A stretch of 32,000 bases of DNA, taken from the NCBI GenBank assembly GCA_040757595.1, contig JBFLWP010000002.1:231832-263831 (forward strand), in the 5' to 3' direction. The translations under genes and the position numbers were made by a program. The stretch is from Nitrospirota bacterium (GTDB taxonomy: Bacteria; Nitrospirota; Nitrospiria; Nitrospirales; Nitrospiraceae). The notes under the pieces are model-generated. The model was given only the letters and a program-made list of their open reading frames with translations. It had not been told where the DNA came from and ran no database searches. Of the stretch, positions 1-10,459 are shown in pieces. Every line of letters begins with the position of its first letter. Positions within the stretch are counted from its first letter, which is position 1.

Positions 1-362
1 AGGTGCTCAAGAAGGTGGTCGAGGAGGCGGGGGAGGTCGCGCTGGCGGCCAAGGGCGGAAAGCGGGAGGAGATCGTCTACGAGGCGGCCGATCTCCTGTT
101 CCACACCCTGGTCGCGCTCGGCTATCACGACGTCACCCCCCAAGAAGTCTATCAGGAGCTGGCAAGCCGGTTCGGGAAGAGCGGGCTGCGCGCCAAGACC
201 ATTGCGGCTGGGACGGGACCGTCGGGCCGGGAGCGTCGGGCCGGACGGGAGCGGCGGGGCAGCCGGGACCGCCGATCGGCTCAGGGCCAGCGGAGCGGGG
301 CGGAGCGGCGGAAGGGACCGGACCGGCGGCAGAGCCGGGAGCGGAGGGGGAGACGCGCATGA
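1..362 (+). CDS. hisE: Phosphoribosyl-ATP pyrophosphatase (HisE-like), 5' end outside the window, with an Arg-rich C-terminal tail
   Basis: Reading frame 3..362: [50 protein letters not shown] is a MazG/HisE-type EExxE...D motif. The true start is upstream of the window. The stop overlaps the next ATG (ATGA). Confidence 0.85.
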   Translation, partial: VLKKVVEEAGEVALAAKGGKREEIVYEAADLLFHTLVALGYHDVTPQEVYQELASRFGKSGLRAKTIAAGTGPSGRERRAGRERRGSRDRRSAQGQRSGAERRKGPDRRQSRERRGRRA

Positions 363-703
363 GCGACTGCATCTTCTGCAAGATCGCCGAGAAGAAGATT
401 CCCGCCAAGGTCGTCCACGAGGACGACCGCTGCCTCGCCTTCGACGACATCAATCCCCAGGCGCCCATCCACACGCTGGTCATCCCCAAGCGCCACGCTT
501 CCTCCATTGCCGAGCTGACCGAGGCCGACGCAGGCCTGCTGGGGCACCTTATGCTGACGGCGGGGGCGGTGGCGAAGCAGAAGGGGATCGCGGAGTCCGG
601 CTATCGGGTGGTCCTGAACACGGGCAGGAACGGCGGCCAGACGGTCTTCCACCTCCATGTCCACCTGCTCGGCGGCCGTCCGATGCACTGGCCGCCCGGA
701 TAA
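359..703 (+). CDS. HIT family hydrolase (HinT-like)
   Basis: [38 protein letters not shown] and the C-terminal [16 protein letters not shown] histidine triad. Confidence 0.95.
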   Translation: MSDCIFCKIAEKKIPAKVVHEDDRCLAFDDINPQAPIHTLVIPKRHASSIAELTEADAGLLGHLMLTAGAVAKQKGIAESGYRVVLNTGRNGGQTVFHLHVHLLGGRPMHWPPG

Positions 704-722
704 AGAGAGCAGCCAGCGCCAA

Positions 723-904
723 GCGGGGCCTGTCGCCGAGCACCCCATCCGTCCTCGCTTCGCCCATCCCCCCGTGGGGGCCTTTCAACTCTCTGGTCTC
801 TTGTCGGCTAGATGACACGGAATAACCGTTGGCACACCGCAGGTGCTCACCCCCTCCGCTGCGGGCAGCCTGGGGCCCTGCTCGGCGCCACCCGCCCGGT
901 GAAA
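723..904. repeat. Direct repeat copy 1 (~182 bp) flanking the toxin-antitoxin operon
   Basis: gcggggcctgtcgccgagcacccc..ctttcaactctctggtctcttgtcggctagatgacacggaataaccgttggcacaccgcagg..cgccacccgcccgg(t)gaaa. Differs from copy 2 at two substitutions and one indel. Confidence 0.95.
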
Positions 905-1026
905 TTCCGATCCAGCCGAGGCTAAAAAACGAGAAGTGACGGGGCCAGGCAGATTCCAAGCCTGGCCCCTGGTTTGCGGTCAACCCCGATCCGGACGAAG
1001 TGACGGATTGACGCCCGCTTGGGTTG

Positions 1027-1049
1027 ATGCTAGCATTGTGCTAGCATGC
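1027..1049. promoter_or_regulatory. Operator-like palindromic repeat upstream of the toxin-antitoxin operon
   Basis: atgctagcat-tg-tgctagcatgc: 9-mer TGCTAGCAT twice at an 11-bp period. The first copy lies in the perfect palindrome ATGCTAGCAT. It sits 17 bp before the antitoxin ATG. Confidence 0.65.
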
Positions 1050-1065
1050 TGAGGAGGGTGGAGCC

Positions 1066-1299
1066 ATGGCACAAGTACTTGTCCGACAGCTTGACGACAA
1101 GGTCGTGGAGCGGTTGAAACGCCGGGCCAAAGAGCATGGCCGGTCCTTGCAGTCCGAAGTCAAGACGATCCTGGAGGAGGCTGCGCCGGACTACGAAGCG
1201 GCGTGGAGGCGGATCGAGCGATTTCGAAGCCGGCTCAAACGGTCGGGGCGTCGGTTCAGTGACAGCGCCGAACTCCTCCGCGAGGATCGGGACCGGTGA
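1066..1299 (+). CDS. FitA/VapB-like ribbon-helix-helix antitoxin
   Basis: MAQVLVRQLDDKVVERLKRRAKEHGRSLQSEVKTILEEA is a typical FitA-like Arc-type N-terminus. GAGGAGGG lies upstream and the stop overlaps the toxin start. Confidence 0.85.
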   Translation: MAQVLVRQLDDKVVERLKRRAKEHGRSLQSEVKTILEEAAPDYEAAWRRIERFRSRLKRSGRRFSDSAELLREDRDR

Positions 1300-1727
1300 A
1301 CCGTTATGTGGTGGATGCCAGCGTCGCGATCAAATGGTTCATCCCCGAGCGGCTTTCCGAGGCGGCGGGTCGGCTCCGCCAGGCGAACCACAGCTTGTCG
1401 GTACCGGCCTTCTTTTGGCTCGAAATCGGGAACGTTCTCGCCAAGAAGATTCGCCGGGGCGAGATCACCGGAGAAGAAGGCGACTTCATTCTGAAAGAAC
1501 TTCGGCAGTTGCCGTTCCGGCGGCATGCCGATGAGAGGCTGTTCCGCTCTGCCTACGCCCTTGCGTTGCAGACGCAACGCAGCCTGTACGATTGCCTGTA
1601 TCTGGCCTTGGCCGAAGTCATTGACGGGCGCATGGTTACCGCGGACCGCAAGTTCTACGCGGCGCTCATGGCCGGGGAACAGGGCCGACGGCTGCTCTGG
1701 GTTGAGGATCTGCCGCAGGCGACCTGA
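1296..1727 (+). CDS. vapC: VapC-family PIN domain toxin
   Basis: YVVDASVAIKWFIPE...FFWLEIGNVLAKKI...YDCLYLALAEVIDGRMVTADRKF; PIN acidic residues are present. GTG start overlaps the antitoxin stop by 4 bp. Confidence 0.9.
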   Translation: MNRYVVDASVAIKWFIPERLSEAAGRLRQANHSLSVPAFFWLEIGNVLAKKIRRGEITGEEGDFILKELRQLPFRRHADERLFRSAYALALQTQRSLYDCLYLALAEVIDGRMVTADRKFYAALMAGEQGRRLLWVEDLPQAT

Positions 1728-1769
1728 GAAAGCTTGCCGCGGCTGACGAATGGCTGAAGGAAGAACCGG

Positions 1770-1952
1770 GCGGGGCCTGTCGCCGAGCACCCCGTCCGTC
1801 CTCGCTTCGCCCATCCCCCCGTGGGGGCCTTTCAACTCTCTGGTCTCTTGTCGGCTAGATGACACGGAATAACCGTTGGCACACCGCAGGGTGCTCACCC
1901 CCTCCGCTGCGGGCAGCCTGGGGCCCTGCTCGGCGCCACCCGCCCGGCGAAA
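1770..1952. repeat. Direct repeat copy 2 (~183 bp) flanking the toxin-antitoxin operon
   Basis: Near-identical to 723..904; the offset between copies is 1047 bp. Confidence 0.95.
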
Positions 1953-2045
1953 CACCGTTCCATCCGCGGCGAAAAAGGAAAGGTATCGCGATGCAGGACC
2001 GGCCACCCAGTTGAAGTAACCTCGCACTAAGAATAAAAAAAGTAG

Positions 2046-2082
2046 AAAGGCGACGAGTCGCTTATTGGGACCCGTCGCCTTT
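2046..2082. terminator. Stem-loop, possible terminator (T-run on the - strand side)
   Basis: AAAGGCGACG ... CGTCGCCTTT, perfect 10-bp arms. An A-rich run (aataaaaaaag) lies just 5', giving a U-run if read on the - strand. Confidence 0.5.
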
Positions 2083-2130
2083 CGTCGCGGTGAAGCACCG
2101 CGCCTCATTTGGAGCTTCGGCCTCGGCGGG

Positions 2131-2164
2131 TTGACACGATTCGCAACAAGACGTAGCCTGTTGC
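2131..2164 (+). promoter_or_regulatory. Candidate promoter with overlapping inverted repeat upstream of the two-gene unknown module
   Basis: TTGACA (2131-2136), 17-nt spacer, weak -10 TAGCCT (2154-2159); GCAACA..N10..TGTTGC (2143-2164) spans the spacer and -10. Confidence 0.4.
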
Positions 2165-2310
2165 TGCCTCACCACTGCCGCTGATAAGGAGCCCGTTTTC
2201 TTTCGTCCGACACTGTCTTTCAGGGCAGGTTCTGGGTTTCTATGGAATCAGGACCTTCGGCAAGCACGTCGCCTCCATTCTCCACCGGAAGTTACTGGAC
2301 CCGTAACCGT

Positions 2311-2961
2311 ATGGAACTATTAGCGTGGTTTCGACGGAATGCTCCTTCCTTGGGAGAACTCTATGAAGGCGCGGTCAAGATGTTGTTCGAGAACACCATA
2401 CCTGGGCGCACTCGCTTCATTGCTCATGCTGTTCGGGATATTCGAAACAGGCTTCCAGAGGTCATATCAGGTCTCAAGGGTGGAGCCCGCTTCGAGTGGA
2501 AGCAGCACTTGGATGAGCTCACAGACGCGTGGCAAAAAGCAGGGTTCTCCTTGGATAGCTCATTACCAGTTACTATGACCCAAAGTGGTACTTCCTCGGA
2601 TTCTCGATCATCCAATGTTACATTGCCGCCGCATCTTTTTCGTAGGATTGCAAAGATGCTCGAGGAGTATTCTCGCACGCGCGAGACAAGAAGATCAGCA
2701 GCCATCAGGCTTTTTGAGGGTTGTGCTCCAGAGAACAAGCAACAAAAAGATGCCCTCGAACCGATAGTCAGCCAATGGATGGACATCACCGAGTGGTTTG
2801 TCAACACAGTACACGACTCTGGTCAGCCTGATGGCGATTATGATTGTGCTGAGTTTACGAGGCATTTCCTTCTGTTCGAAGACACTTTAATAGCGCTACT
2901 AGGTCAATTCTTTACGACTATCAAAGGACTCGATGAGATCCTGGAAGACACCAACTCCTGA
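2311..2961 (+). CDS. Uncharacterised protein, first gene of the accessory two-gene module
   Basis: ORF 2242..2961; the start at 2311 (MELLAWFRRNAPSLGELYEGAVKMLFENTIPGRTRFIAHAVRDIRNRLPEVI) looks more natural than 2242. Mainly helical sequence, no family recognised. Confidence 0.75.
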   Translation: MELLAWFRRNAPSLGELYEGAVKMLFENTIPGRTRFIAHAVRDIRNRLPEVISGLKGGARFEWKQHLDELTDAWQKAGFSLDSSLPVTMTQSGTSSDSRSSNVTLPPHLFRRIAKMLEEYSRTRETRRSAAIRLFEGCAPENKQQKDALEPIVSQWMDITEWFVNTVHDSGQPDGDYDCAEFTRHFLLFEDTLIALLGQFFTTIKGLDEILEDTNS

Positions 2962-5806
2962 GCAGGTTGATAGGGCCATCGCTCTTCTCGCTCACCCAGA
3001 ACTGCGTCGGTACTTCTTCGACCGGCTTGAGAATCCTCACTGGCTTGAACCGCTGAAGCAAAAAGGATTCTTTGGGCATCCGCCCGCGGTTGTGAGAGAC
3101 GAGGGAAAAGGGACTGTTCGATTTCCTCCATGGCCAGAATCGCGGTATTTAGCCCGCATGGCAGTGCATAATCCAGCAAAGGTGCTCGAGATAGCGCTAT
3201 CGATCGAGACGGATAACATCCGCGTCAATGAAGATCTTTTGGACGCAGCGCTTGCAATGCCCGCCGAGATGGCAGCCACGCTAGCGTCGAAGGCACCAGC
3301 ATGGATAGAAAGGCCATATTCCCCTTTTTGGCCAGAGAAGTTCGGTGATCTGGTCGGGCATCTGGCGCGGGGCAATCAAGTGGAGGTCGCCCTGACACTG
3401 GCGCAGAAGTTACTCGCCGTTCTACCGAGCCAGGGAGCCCTTTCTCAGGCGCGAGCGCGATTCGAGGCCTGGCATTACGAAGGCATCCTTGAGAAGAACC
3501 TTCCCGACCTGATCGCGGCGGCGGGAGTGCGTGCCTTGAATCTTCTGTGCGATCTCCTCAACAGCGCTATGCAGTTGTCCCGCGAACACATAGACGAGGA
3601 GGGAGGTGAGGACTACTCATACATCTGGCGACCTGCAATCGAAGGTGAGAGACACAGGGGCTTTCATGAGATCAGAGACCTCTTGGTTTCAGCAGTCAGG
3701 GATGCCGCTATACAGATAGTCCGGAAGGATCAAACGTTGCTCGCATCGGTACTCGACGAGTTGGAGCGGAGACCCTGGAAAATCTTCCGGCGGATTGGAC
3801 TGCATGTTTCGCGTTCATTCCCGGGCAGTGAACCGGACTTGGTGCGATCGAGGCTTATGAATCGGACCCTGTTCGAAGACCGCGGGACCCAGCGCGAATA
3901 CGCTCTTATGTTAAGGAATCGGTTTAGCCTTCTCTCTGCGGATGACCAGACGGAGGTCTTAGGCTGGATAGAGCAAGGGCCCGACCTCGATCGGTTTTGG
4001 GAGAGCCGGAAGGCTTGGGGAGAACAAATACCGACCGAAGAGGAGTCAGCGGCCTATGCGGGGCAATGGCGCCTCAGGCGCCTAAGGTGGATTCGAGACT
4101 CACTACCCACGGAATGGAAGCAGCGGTACGACGCCCTTGTGCAGCAGTTCGGAGAACCGCAGGACCCGGAAATGGTCCCAAGAGCCGAGGCTGTAAGGGT
4201 TGGTCCACGAGCTCCGAAAAGTCAAGAGGAGCTTGGCGCAATGTCTGCTACCGAGGTGATCGCTTATTTGAAGTCGTGGCTTCCGTCTGACGATGCACTT
4301 GGTCCTTCACCAGAAGGGCTAGGGAGGCAATTAAAGAACGTCGTCGCTGCTGAGCCGGATCGCTTTGCCCAGAGCGCATTCAGTTTTCGGGAGGTTGATC
4401 CGACATATGTCCGCGCGGTTTTGGAGGGCCTCCATGATGCAGCAAGGGAAAGACCGTTTCCCTGGGAGCCCGTACTTGATCTGTGTTTGTGGGTTGTCAC
4501 TCAACCGAGGGAGATAGAAGGCCGGACCGTGAGGAAGTGGGATGCTGATCCAGACTGGGGGGCGACACGCTCTGCAATAGCAAGGCTTCTATCGGTAGGG
4601 CTTCAAGAAGGACAATATGAACTTCCGATGTCCCTACGTACCAAGGTTTGGAAGATTCTCTGGGAGTTGACGGAGGACCCCGAACCGTCACCACAGTACG
4701 AGAGAGAATTCGGTGGGACCAATATGGACCCAGTGGCTATGTCCATTAACACAGTGCGGGGAGAAGCCATGCACACTGTGGTGCGTTATGCCCTTTGGGT
4801 CCGTCGCTACATTGCGAAAGCTGAGGACGCTGAACAACGAATTACACGTGGCTTCGGAGAGATGCCTGAGGTGACGGAGGTTCTTGAAGCGCATCTAGAT
4901 CCAGCACATGATCCTTCTCTTGCAGTTCGCGCTGTTTATGGTGAGTGGCTTCCTTGGCTTGTGCTCCTTGACCGTGGATGGACCACCGACAACCTGAGCA
5001 GGATATTCCCGGACAACGACAATCAAAGGAACTTTCGAGATGCCGCATGGGAAGCGTACATTGTCTTTTGCCAGCCATATGACGACGCTTTTTATGTAAT
5101 AAAGGATGTATATGCTCGCGCTGTCGAGCGAATTGGCACGGTTGCTGCCGATAGTCGGCATCGTGGTGACCCGGATCAGCATCTCGCTGAGCACTTGATG
5201 GTTTTCTATTGGCGAGGCAAGCTGGATGTTAATGAGCAAGGGGGGGTACTGGGAAGATTTTACGAAAAGGCGCCAGATTCGCTTCGGGCGCATGCGATTG
5301 AGTTCATAGGGCGCAGCCTGAGTAACACCGAAGGTGCTGTGGAGGCAGGGGTCCTTGACCGACTTCGATCCATTTGGGCCATACGCCTTGGTTCCGCGCG
5401 CGCGGCGTCAAATCGTGAGACGCATGCTGGAGAGATGGCTGCGTTTGGGTGGTGGTTTGCCTCAGGTAAGTTTGACGACCCATGGGCGGTCGAACAATTG
5501 TTCGCTGCGCTCTCTTTGATACGAAAAATCGATGCAGGCTGGCTGGTTCTAGAGAGACTTGCTGCCCTAGCAGAGGCTATGCCCAATGAGAGTGTTCGAT
5601 GTGCATTGCTGATGATTGAAGGGGATTTGAAGGGCTGGGAAATTCACGGCTGGCGAAACGAGTTGCGTGCCATATTGTCCACTGTTATTCGGAGCACTCG
5701 CCCCAACGCTCTCCAAGGAGCGGTAGAGCTCGTCAATCGTTTAGGTGCCAAAGGGTTTCTTGAGTTCAGAGATTTGCTCCCATCGGGTGACTTATCGCTA
5801 GACTGA
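2933..5806 (+). CDS. Large uncharacterised protein (957 aa), second gene of the module, probably alpha-helical/solenoid
   Basis: Long single ORF with AAAGGA 4 nt before its ATG. Overlaps the first gene by 29 nt. Sequence such as LRRYFFDRLENPHWLEPLKQKGFFGHPPAV..FPPWPESRYLARMA and SINTVRGEAMHTVVRYALWVRR. No Walker A or nuclease motif seen by eye. Confidence 0.85.
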   Translation: MRSWKTPTPEQVDRAIALLAHPELRRYFFDRLENPHWLEPLKQKGFFGHPPAVVRDEGKGTVRFPPWPESRYLARMAVHNPAKVLEIALSIETDNIRVNEDLLDAALAMPAEMAATLASKAPAWIERPYSPFWPEKFGDLVGHLARGNQVEVALTLAQKLLAVLPSQGALSQARARFEAWHYEGILEKNLPDLIAAAGVRALNLLCDLLNSAMQLSREHIDEEGGEDYSYIWRPAIEGERHRGFHEIRDLLVSAVRDAAIQIVRKDQTLLASVLDELERRPWKIFRRIGLHVSRSFPGSEPDLVRSRLMNRTLFEDRGTQREYALMLRNRFSLLSADDQTEVLGWIEQGPDLDRFWESRKAWGEQIPTEEESAAYAGQWRLRRLRWIRDSLPTEWKQRYDALVQQFGEPQDPEMVPRAEAVRVGPRAPKSQEELGAMSATEVIAYLKSWLPSDDALGPSPEGLGRQLKNVVAAEPDRFAQSAFSFREVDPTYVRAVLEGLHDAARERPFPWEPVLDLCLWVVTQPREIEGRTVRKWDADPDWGATRSAIARLLSVGLQEGQYELPMSLRTKVWKILWELTEDPEPSPQYEREFGGTNMDPVAMSINTVRGEAMHTVVRYALWVRRYIAKAEDAEQRITRGFGEMPEVTEVLEAHLDPAHDPSLAVRAVYGEWLPWLVLLDRGWTTDNLSRIFPDNDNQRNFRDAAWEAYIVFCQPYDDAFYVIKDVYARAVERIGTVAADSRHRGDPDQHLAEHLMVFYWRGKLDVNEQGGVLGRFYEKAPDSLRAHAIEFIGRSLSNTEGAVEAGVLDRLRSIWAIRLGSARAASNRETHAGEMAAFGWWFASGKFDDPWAVEQLFAALSLIRKIDAGWLVLERLAALAEAMPNESVRCALLMIEGDLKGWEIHGWRNELRAILSTVIRSTRPNALQGAVELVNRLGAKGFLEFRDLLPSGDLSLD

Positions 5807-5868
5807 AGAAAGCATGCTAGAAGTCATTGTTATGTGAAGCTAGGCGGACGAGTGGGCGTTGAGGGGTT

Positions 5869-6201
5869 TTGGCGAATAGTGGCGAAGAATCCGAGGAGAA
5901 GGCCCTGCTCCAGACGTTGAGGTCATTGACGAACGACGAGAAACGCTTCACGAGGGACGGGGGCGGCTTTTTTGCCGAGCTGGTTGAGGAGGGACAACCT
6001 ATGGAGCTGGAAGAGGCCAGAGCGCGGATCGAGGCGGCCATCGGGCAGTACGGGCAGCGGGCGGCCAACGCGATCGAGTTGGTGATCAACGAGGTGCGCT
6101 CGGACCTCGGCGCGGCGGCCGTGAACGAGCTGATTGACGAATTCGACCTGGAGCTCCAGTACAACATCGCGCCCCTGGAATCGGACTATTCGAACTTCTG
6201 A
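5869..6201 (+). CDS. Conserved-looking small protein of unknown function upstream of dnaG
   Basis: Frame starting at TTG 5869: ANSGEESEEKALLQTLRSL..MELEEARARIEAAIGQYGQRAANAIELVINEVRSDLGAAAVNELIDEFDLELQYNIAP. Start codon uncertain. Confidence 0.6.
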   Translation: MANSGEESEEKALLQTLRSLTNDEKRFTRDGGGFFAELVEEGQPMELEEARARIEAAIGQYGQRAANAIELVINEVRSDLGAAAVNELIDEFDLELQYNIAPLESDYSNF

Positions 6202-6241
6202 CCGACCCCCCCGTCCTTCCTTTCCCGCCCTTCCCGCGCCA

Positions 6242-6270
6242 TTGACTTCCCCGTCACCCGTCTGTTAAAT
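6242..6270 (+). promoter_or_regulatory. Candidate sigma70 promoter for dnaG/rpoD
   Basis: TTGACT (6242-6247), 17-nt spacer, TTAAAT (6265-6270). Confidence 0.5.
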
Positions 6271-6357
6271 TGCAAGGTCAATTTTTCTGGATTTTCAAGC
6301 CCTTCCACTTCGACTGGCTCGGTTCATCACGGCACGGGATCACAGGAGCGGATTGGC

Positions 6358-8187
6358 GTGAGCCAGGGCCTCATTCCGGAAGACGTTCTCAACCACATCC
6401 GGGAACGAGCGGACATCGCGCAGGTCGTGTCCGACTACGTGACCCTCTCCCGGGCCGGGCAGAACCTCAAGGGGCTCTGCCCCTTCCACAGCGAGAAGAC
6501 CCCCTCCTTCACGGTCAGCCCCTCCAGGCAGATGTTCCACTGTTTCGGCTGCGGGGTGGGCGGGAACGTCTTCACGTTCCTGATGAAGATCGAGGGGATG
6601 GAGTTCCCGGAGGCCGCGCGCGAGTTGGGGCGTCGCACGGGGGTGGCCATTCCCGAGACCCGCGGGGGCCAAGCGCAGAGCCGCGGGGACCGGCAGAAGC
6701 TGGAGCAGATTCACGAGGCGGCGGCGGCCTGGTTCCGGCGGAACCTGGAGGAGGGGGAGACCGGCAAAGAGGCCCGGGCCTATCTCGCCCGGCGCGGGAT
6801 CACTCAGGAGACCATCGAGGCCTTCGGCGTGGGCGTCGCGCCGCCCGCCTGGGACGGGTTGATCCGCAGCCTGGGCCAGGCCGGTTACAAGCCTGCCGAC
6901 CTGGCTGCGGCCGGCCTGGCCGTGCCGCGGGAGCGGGACGGGAAGGGCCAGCCAGGCGCGGCCGGCTACTACGACCGGTTCCGCGGGCGCGTGATGTTTC
7001 CGATCCGGGATCTCCGGCAGCGGGTCATCGCCTTCGGCGGGCGCGTGCTGGACGATGCGGTCCCCAAGTACCTGAACTCGCCGGACACGCCGCTCTTCAA
7101 CAAGGGGCGGAACCTCTACGCCCTCGACCAGGCGCGCGAGGCAGCCGGGCGGGCGGACACCCTCGTGATCGTGGAAGGCTATTTCGACGCGATCGCGCTG
7201 CACCAGGCCGGAGTCCGGAACGTGGCCGCGACGCTGGGCACGGCGCTGACGCCCGAGCACGTGCAAACGCTCCGGCGGTTCGTCAAGCGGCTCGTGTTGC
7301 TCTTCGACCCGGATCCGGCCGGCGTGCGGGCGGCGCTGCGGACGTTGGACCTCTTCGTCGGCAGCGGGATGGGCGTGCGGGTCGTGTCGCTGCCGGCCGG
7401 CGAGGACCCAGACACATACATCCGCAAGACCGGGGCCGAGGCCTTCCTCCAATTGCAGGACCGGGCCCCCAGCCTGCTGGACTTTTCGGTCGAGCACAGT
7501 CTGCAGCAGGCGGCGTCCGGACTGCTGGAGGACCGGATCAGGAGCGTGGACGAAATTCTGCGGATTCTCCAGCGGACCGCCAACCGGATCGAGAAGGAGG
7601 AATGCACCCGCCGCGTGGCGGAGCGGCTGGGCATCGGCCAGCAGCGGCTGATCGAGCGGTACCCGGAGCTCCTGCCCAAGGAAGACCGTCGCGCTTCCCG
7701 ACCCGCTCCCAGGCCGCAGGCCGCCGCGGCCGAGCCGCGGTTCAAGGCCAGCCCGGAGGAGCGGGACCTGGTCCACCTCCTCCTGCACGGCAAGCTGAGC
7801 GCCGCCCACGTCCGCTCCCTTTCGCCCGAGTCGTTCTCCGTGCCGGCCTGCCGCCGCCTCGTGGAGCTCGCGCTCGCACACCTGGACCGGGACGGCCGGG
7901 TCCTGGTCCGGCCGCTGCTGGACGCGGCGATGGCCGAGCCCCGGTGCGCGGCCGTCGCGACCGAGCTCTCCCTGCGGGACTGCCACGTGGACGACCTGAA
8001 CGAGTACATCGCCGGCTGTCTGGAGACGCTGGAGCGGAAGCGGCACGAGCTGGCGCTGAACGAGCTGATCGTCAAGCTGCGCGCGGCCGAGCGGGAGGGG
8101 CGGGCCGAGGACGTGCGGCGGCTGAATGCCCAGGTCAACGATCTGCGGATGCGGAAGGCGGGCGTGCAGCACGCTCCGACCGTGTAA
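6358..8187 (+). CDS. dnaG: DNA primase
   Basis: Zinc-binding [36 protein letters not shown]; [49 protein letters not shown]. Confidence 0.97.
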   Translation: MSQGLIPEDVLNHIRERADIAQVVSDYVTLSRAGQNLKGLCPFHSEKTPSFTVSPSRQMFHCFGCGVGGNVFTFLMKIEGMEFPEAARELGRRTGVAIPETRGGQAQSRGDRQKLEQIHEAAAAWFRRNLEEGETGKEARAYLARRGITQETIEAFGVGVAPPAWDGLIRSLGQAGYKPADLAAAGLAVPRERDGKGQPGAAGYYDRFRGRVMFPIRDLRQRVIAFGGRVLDDAVPKYLNSPDTPLFNKGRNLYALDQAREAAGRADTLVIVEGYFDAIALHQAGVRNVAATLGTALTPEHVQTLRRFVKRLVLLFDPDPAGVRAALRTLDLFVGSGMGVRVVSLPAGEDPDTYIRKTGAEAFLQLQDRAPSLLDFSVEHSLQQAASGLLEDRIRSVDEILRILQRTANRIEKEECTRRVAERLGIGQQRLIERYPELLPKEDRRASRPAPRPQAAAAEPRFKASPEERDLVHLLLHGKLSAAHVRSLSPESFSVPACRRLVELALAHLDRDGRVLVRPLLDAAMAEPRCAAVATELSLRDCHVDDLNEYIAGCLETLERKRHELALNELIVKLRAAEREGRAEDVRRLNAQVNDLRMRKAGVQHAPTV

Positions 8188-8209
8188 GGGGAGTGTCGAA
8201 GGAGTACCC

Positions 8210-10012
<1,803 letters not shown>

Positions 10013-10013
10013 A

Positions 10014-10088
10014 CCGTGAAACGTGAATCGTGGAGCGTAAAACGTAGGGAGAAGCGGAGTCTCACGCCTTACGGTTCACGTCTCACGG
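10014..10088. repeat. Imperfect 28-bp inverted repeat (stem-loop) between rpoD and the tRNA gene
   Basis: Left arm ccgtgaaacgtgaatcgtggagcgtaaa (10014-10041), right arm ctcacgccttacggttcacgtctcacgg (10061-10088); 21/28 positions complementary. Confidence 0.8.
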
Positions 10089-10095
10089 CGGAAAC

Positions 10096-10172
10096 GGGCC
10101 CATAGCTCAGGTGGTCAGAGCGGCTGACTCATAATCAGTTGGTCCCAGGTTCGAGTCCTGGTGGGCCCACCA
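10096..10172 (+). tRNA. tRNA with CAT anticodon, probably tRNA-Ile2 (k2C) rather than elongator Met; CCA encoded
   Basis: GGGCCCA acceptor pairs with TGGGCCC, then A and CCA. Anticodon arm GCTGA-CTCATAA-TCAGT; T arm CCAGGTTCGAGTCCTGG. The ATAATCAGTTGGTC context resembles ileX. Ile/Met identity cannot be decided by eye. Confidence 0.9.
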
Positions 10173-10276
10173 TCCCAACCTTCGGTTGAGCCGCGCGCTC
10201 TTCATCGCTGTATCGCAACTGTCGCGCGCGGATAAAACCTTCCAGTGTTCCAGCCTTGATCCGCGGCTTCGTGAAC

Positions 10277-10310
10277 CCGGCGGCCACTTCCCGACGGGGG
10301 TGGCCGCCGG
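10277..10310. repeat. Perfect 11-bp inverted repeat (stem-loop)
   Basis: CCGGCGGCCAC (10277-10287) and GTGGCCGCCGG (10300-10310), 12-nt loop; no adjacent U-run. Confidence 0.55.
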
Positions 10311-10459
10311 AACCTTCAAGTAAACTCCTTCTTCCCTTTCGAGGTATCTTCAATTCATTGTGAGCATGACCTGGAACTGCGCCTTGCCGCTCACCCTGCG
10401 GTCGTGGGCGGCAGCTTTCCAAGCGAATTTAGCGGGGGCAATGGAAGGACCTTGACCGG

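Noticed and set aside
723-1952. Integron-like cassette with attC sites
   Set aside because: I could not find the conserved RYYYAAC / GTTRRRY core boxes in matched positions, the repeat is not globally palindromic, and no integrase is visible.
1191-2108. 305 aa - strand ORF covering the TA operon and repeat copy 2
   Set aside because: Antisense to vapBC. The shared peptide LRCANGYSVSSSRQETRELKGPHGG merely reflects the duplicated noncoding repeat.
2242-2310. Upstream start (MESGPSASTSPPFSTGSYWTRNR) for the first gene of the unknown module
   Set aside because: Low-complexity leader without a clear ribosome-binding site; ATG 2311 is a more natural start, although neither has a strong Shine-Dalgarno, so this remains uncertain.
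10107-10319. - strand ORF ending GWWAHQDSNLGPTDYESAALTT
   Set aside because: This is the antisense translation of the tRNA gene at 10096-10172, a common mis-annotation artefact.
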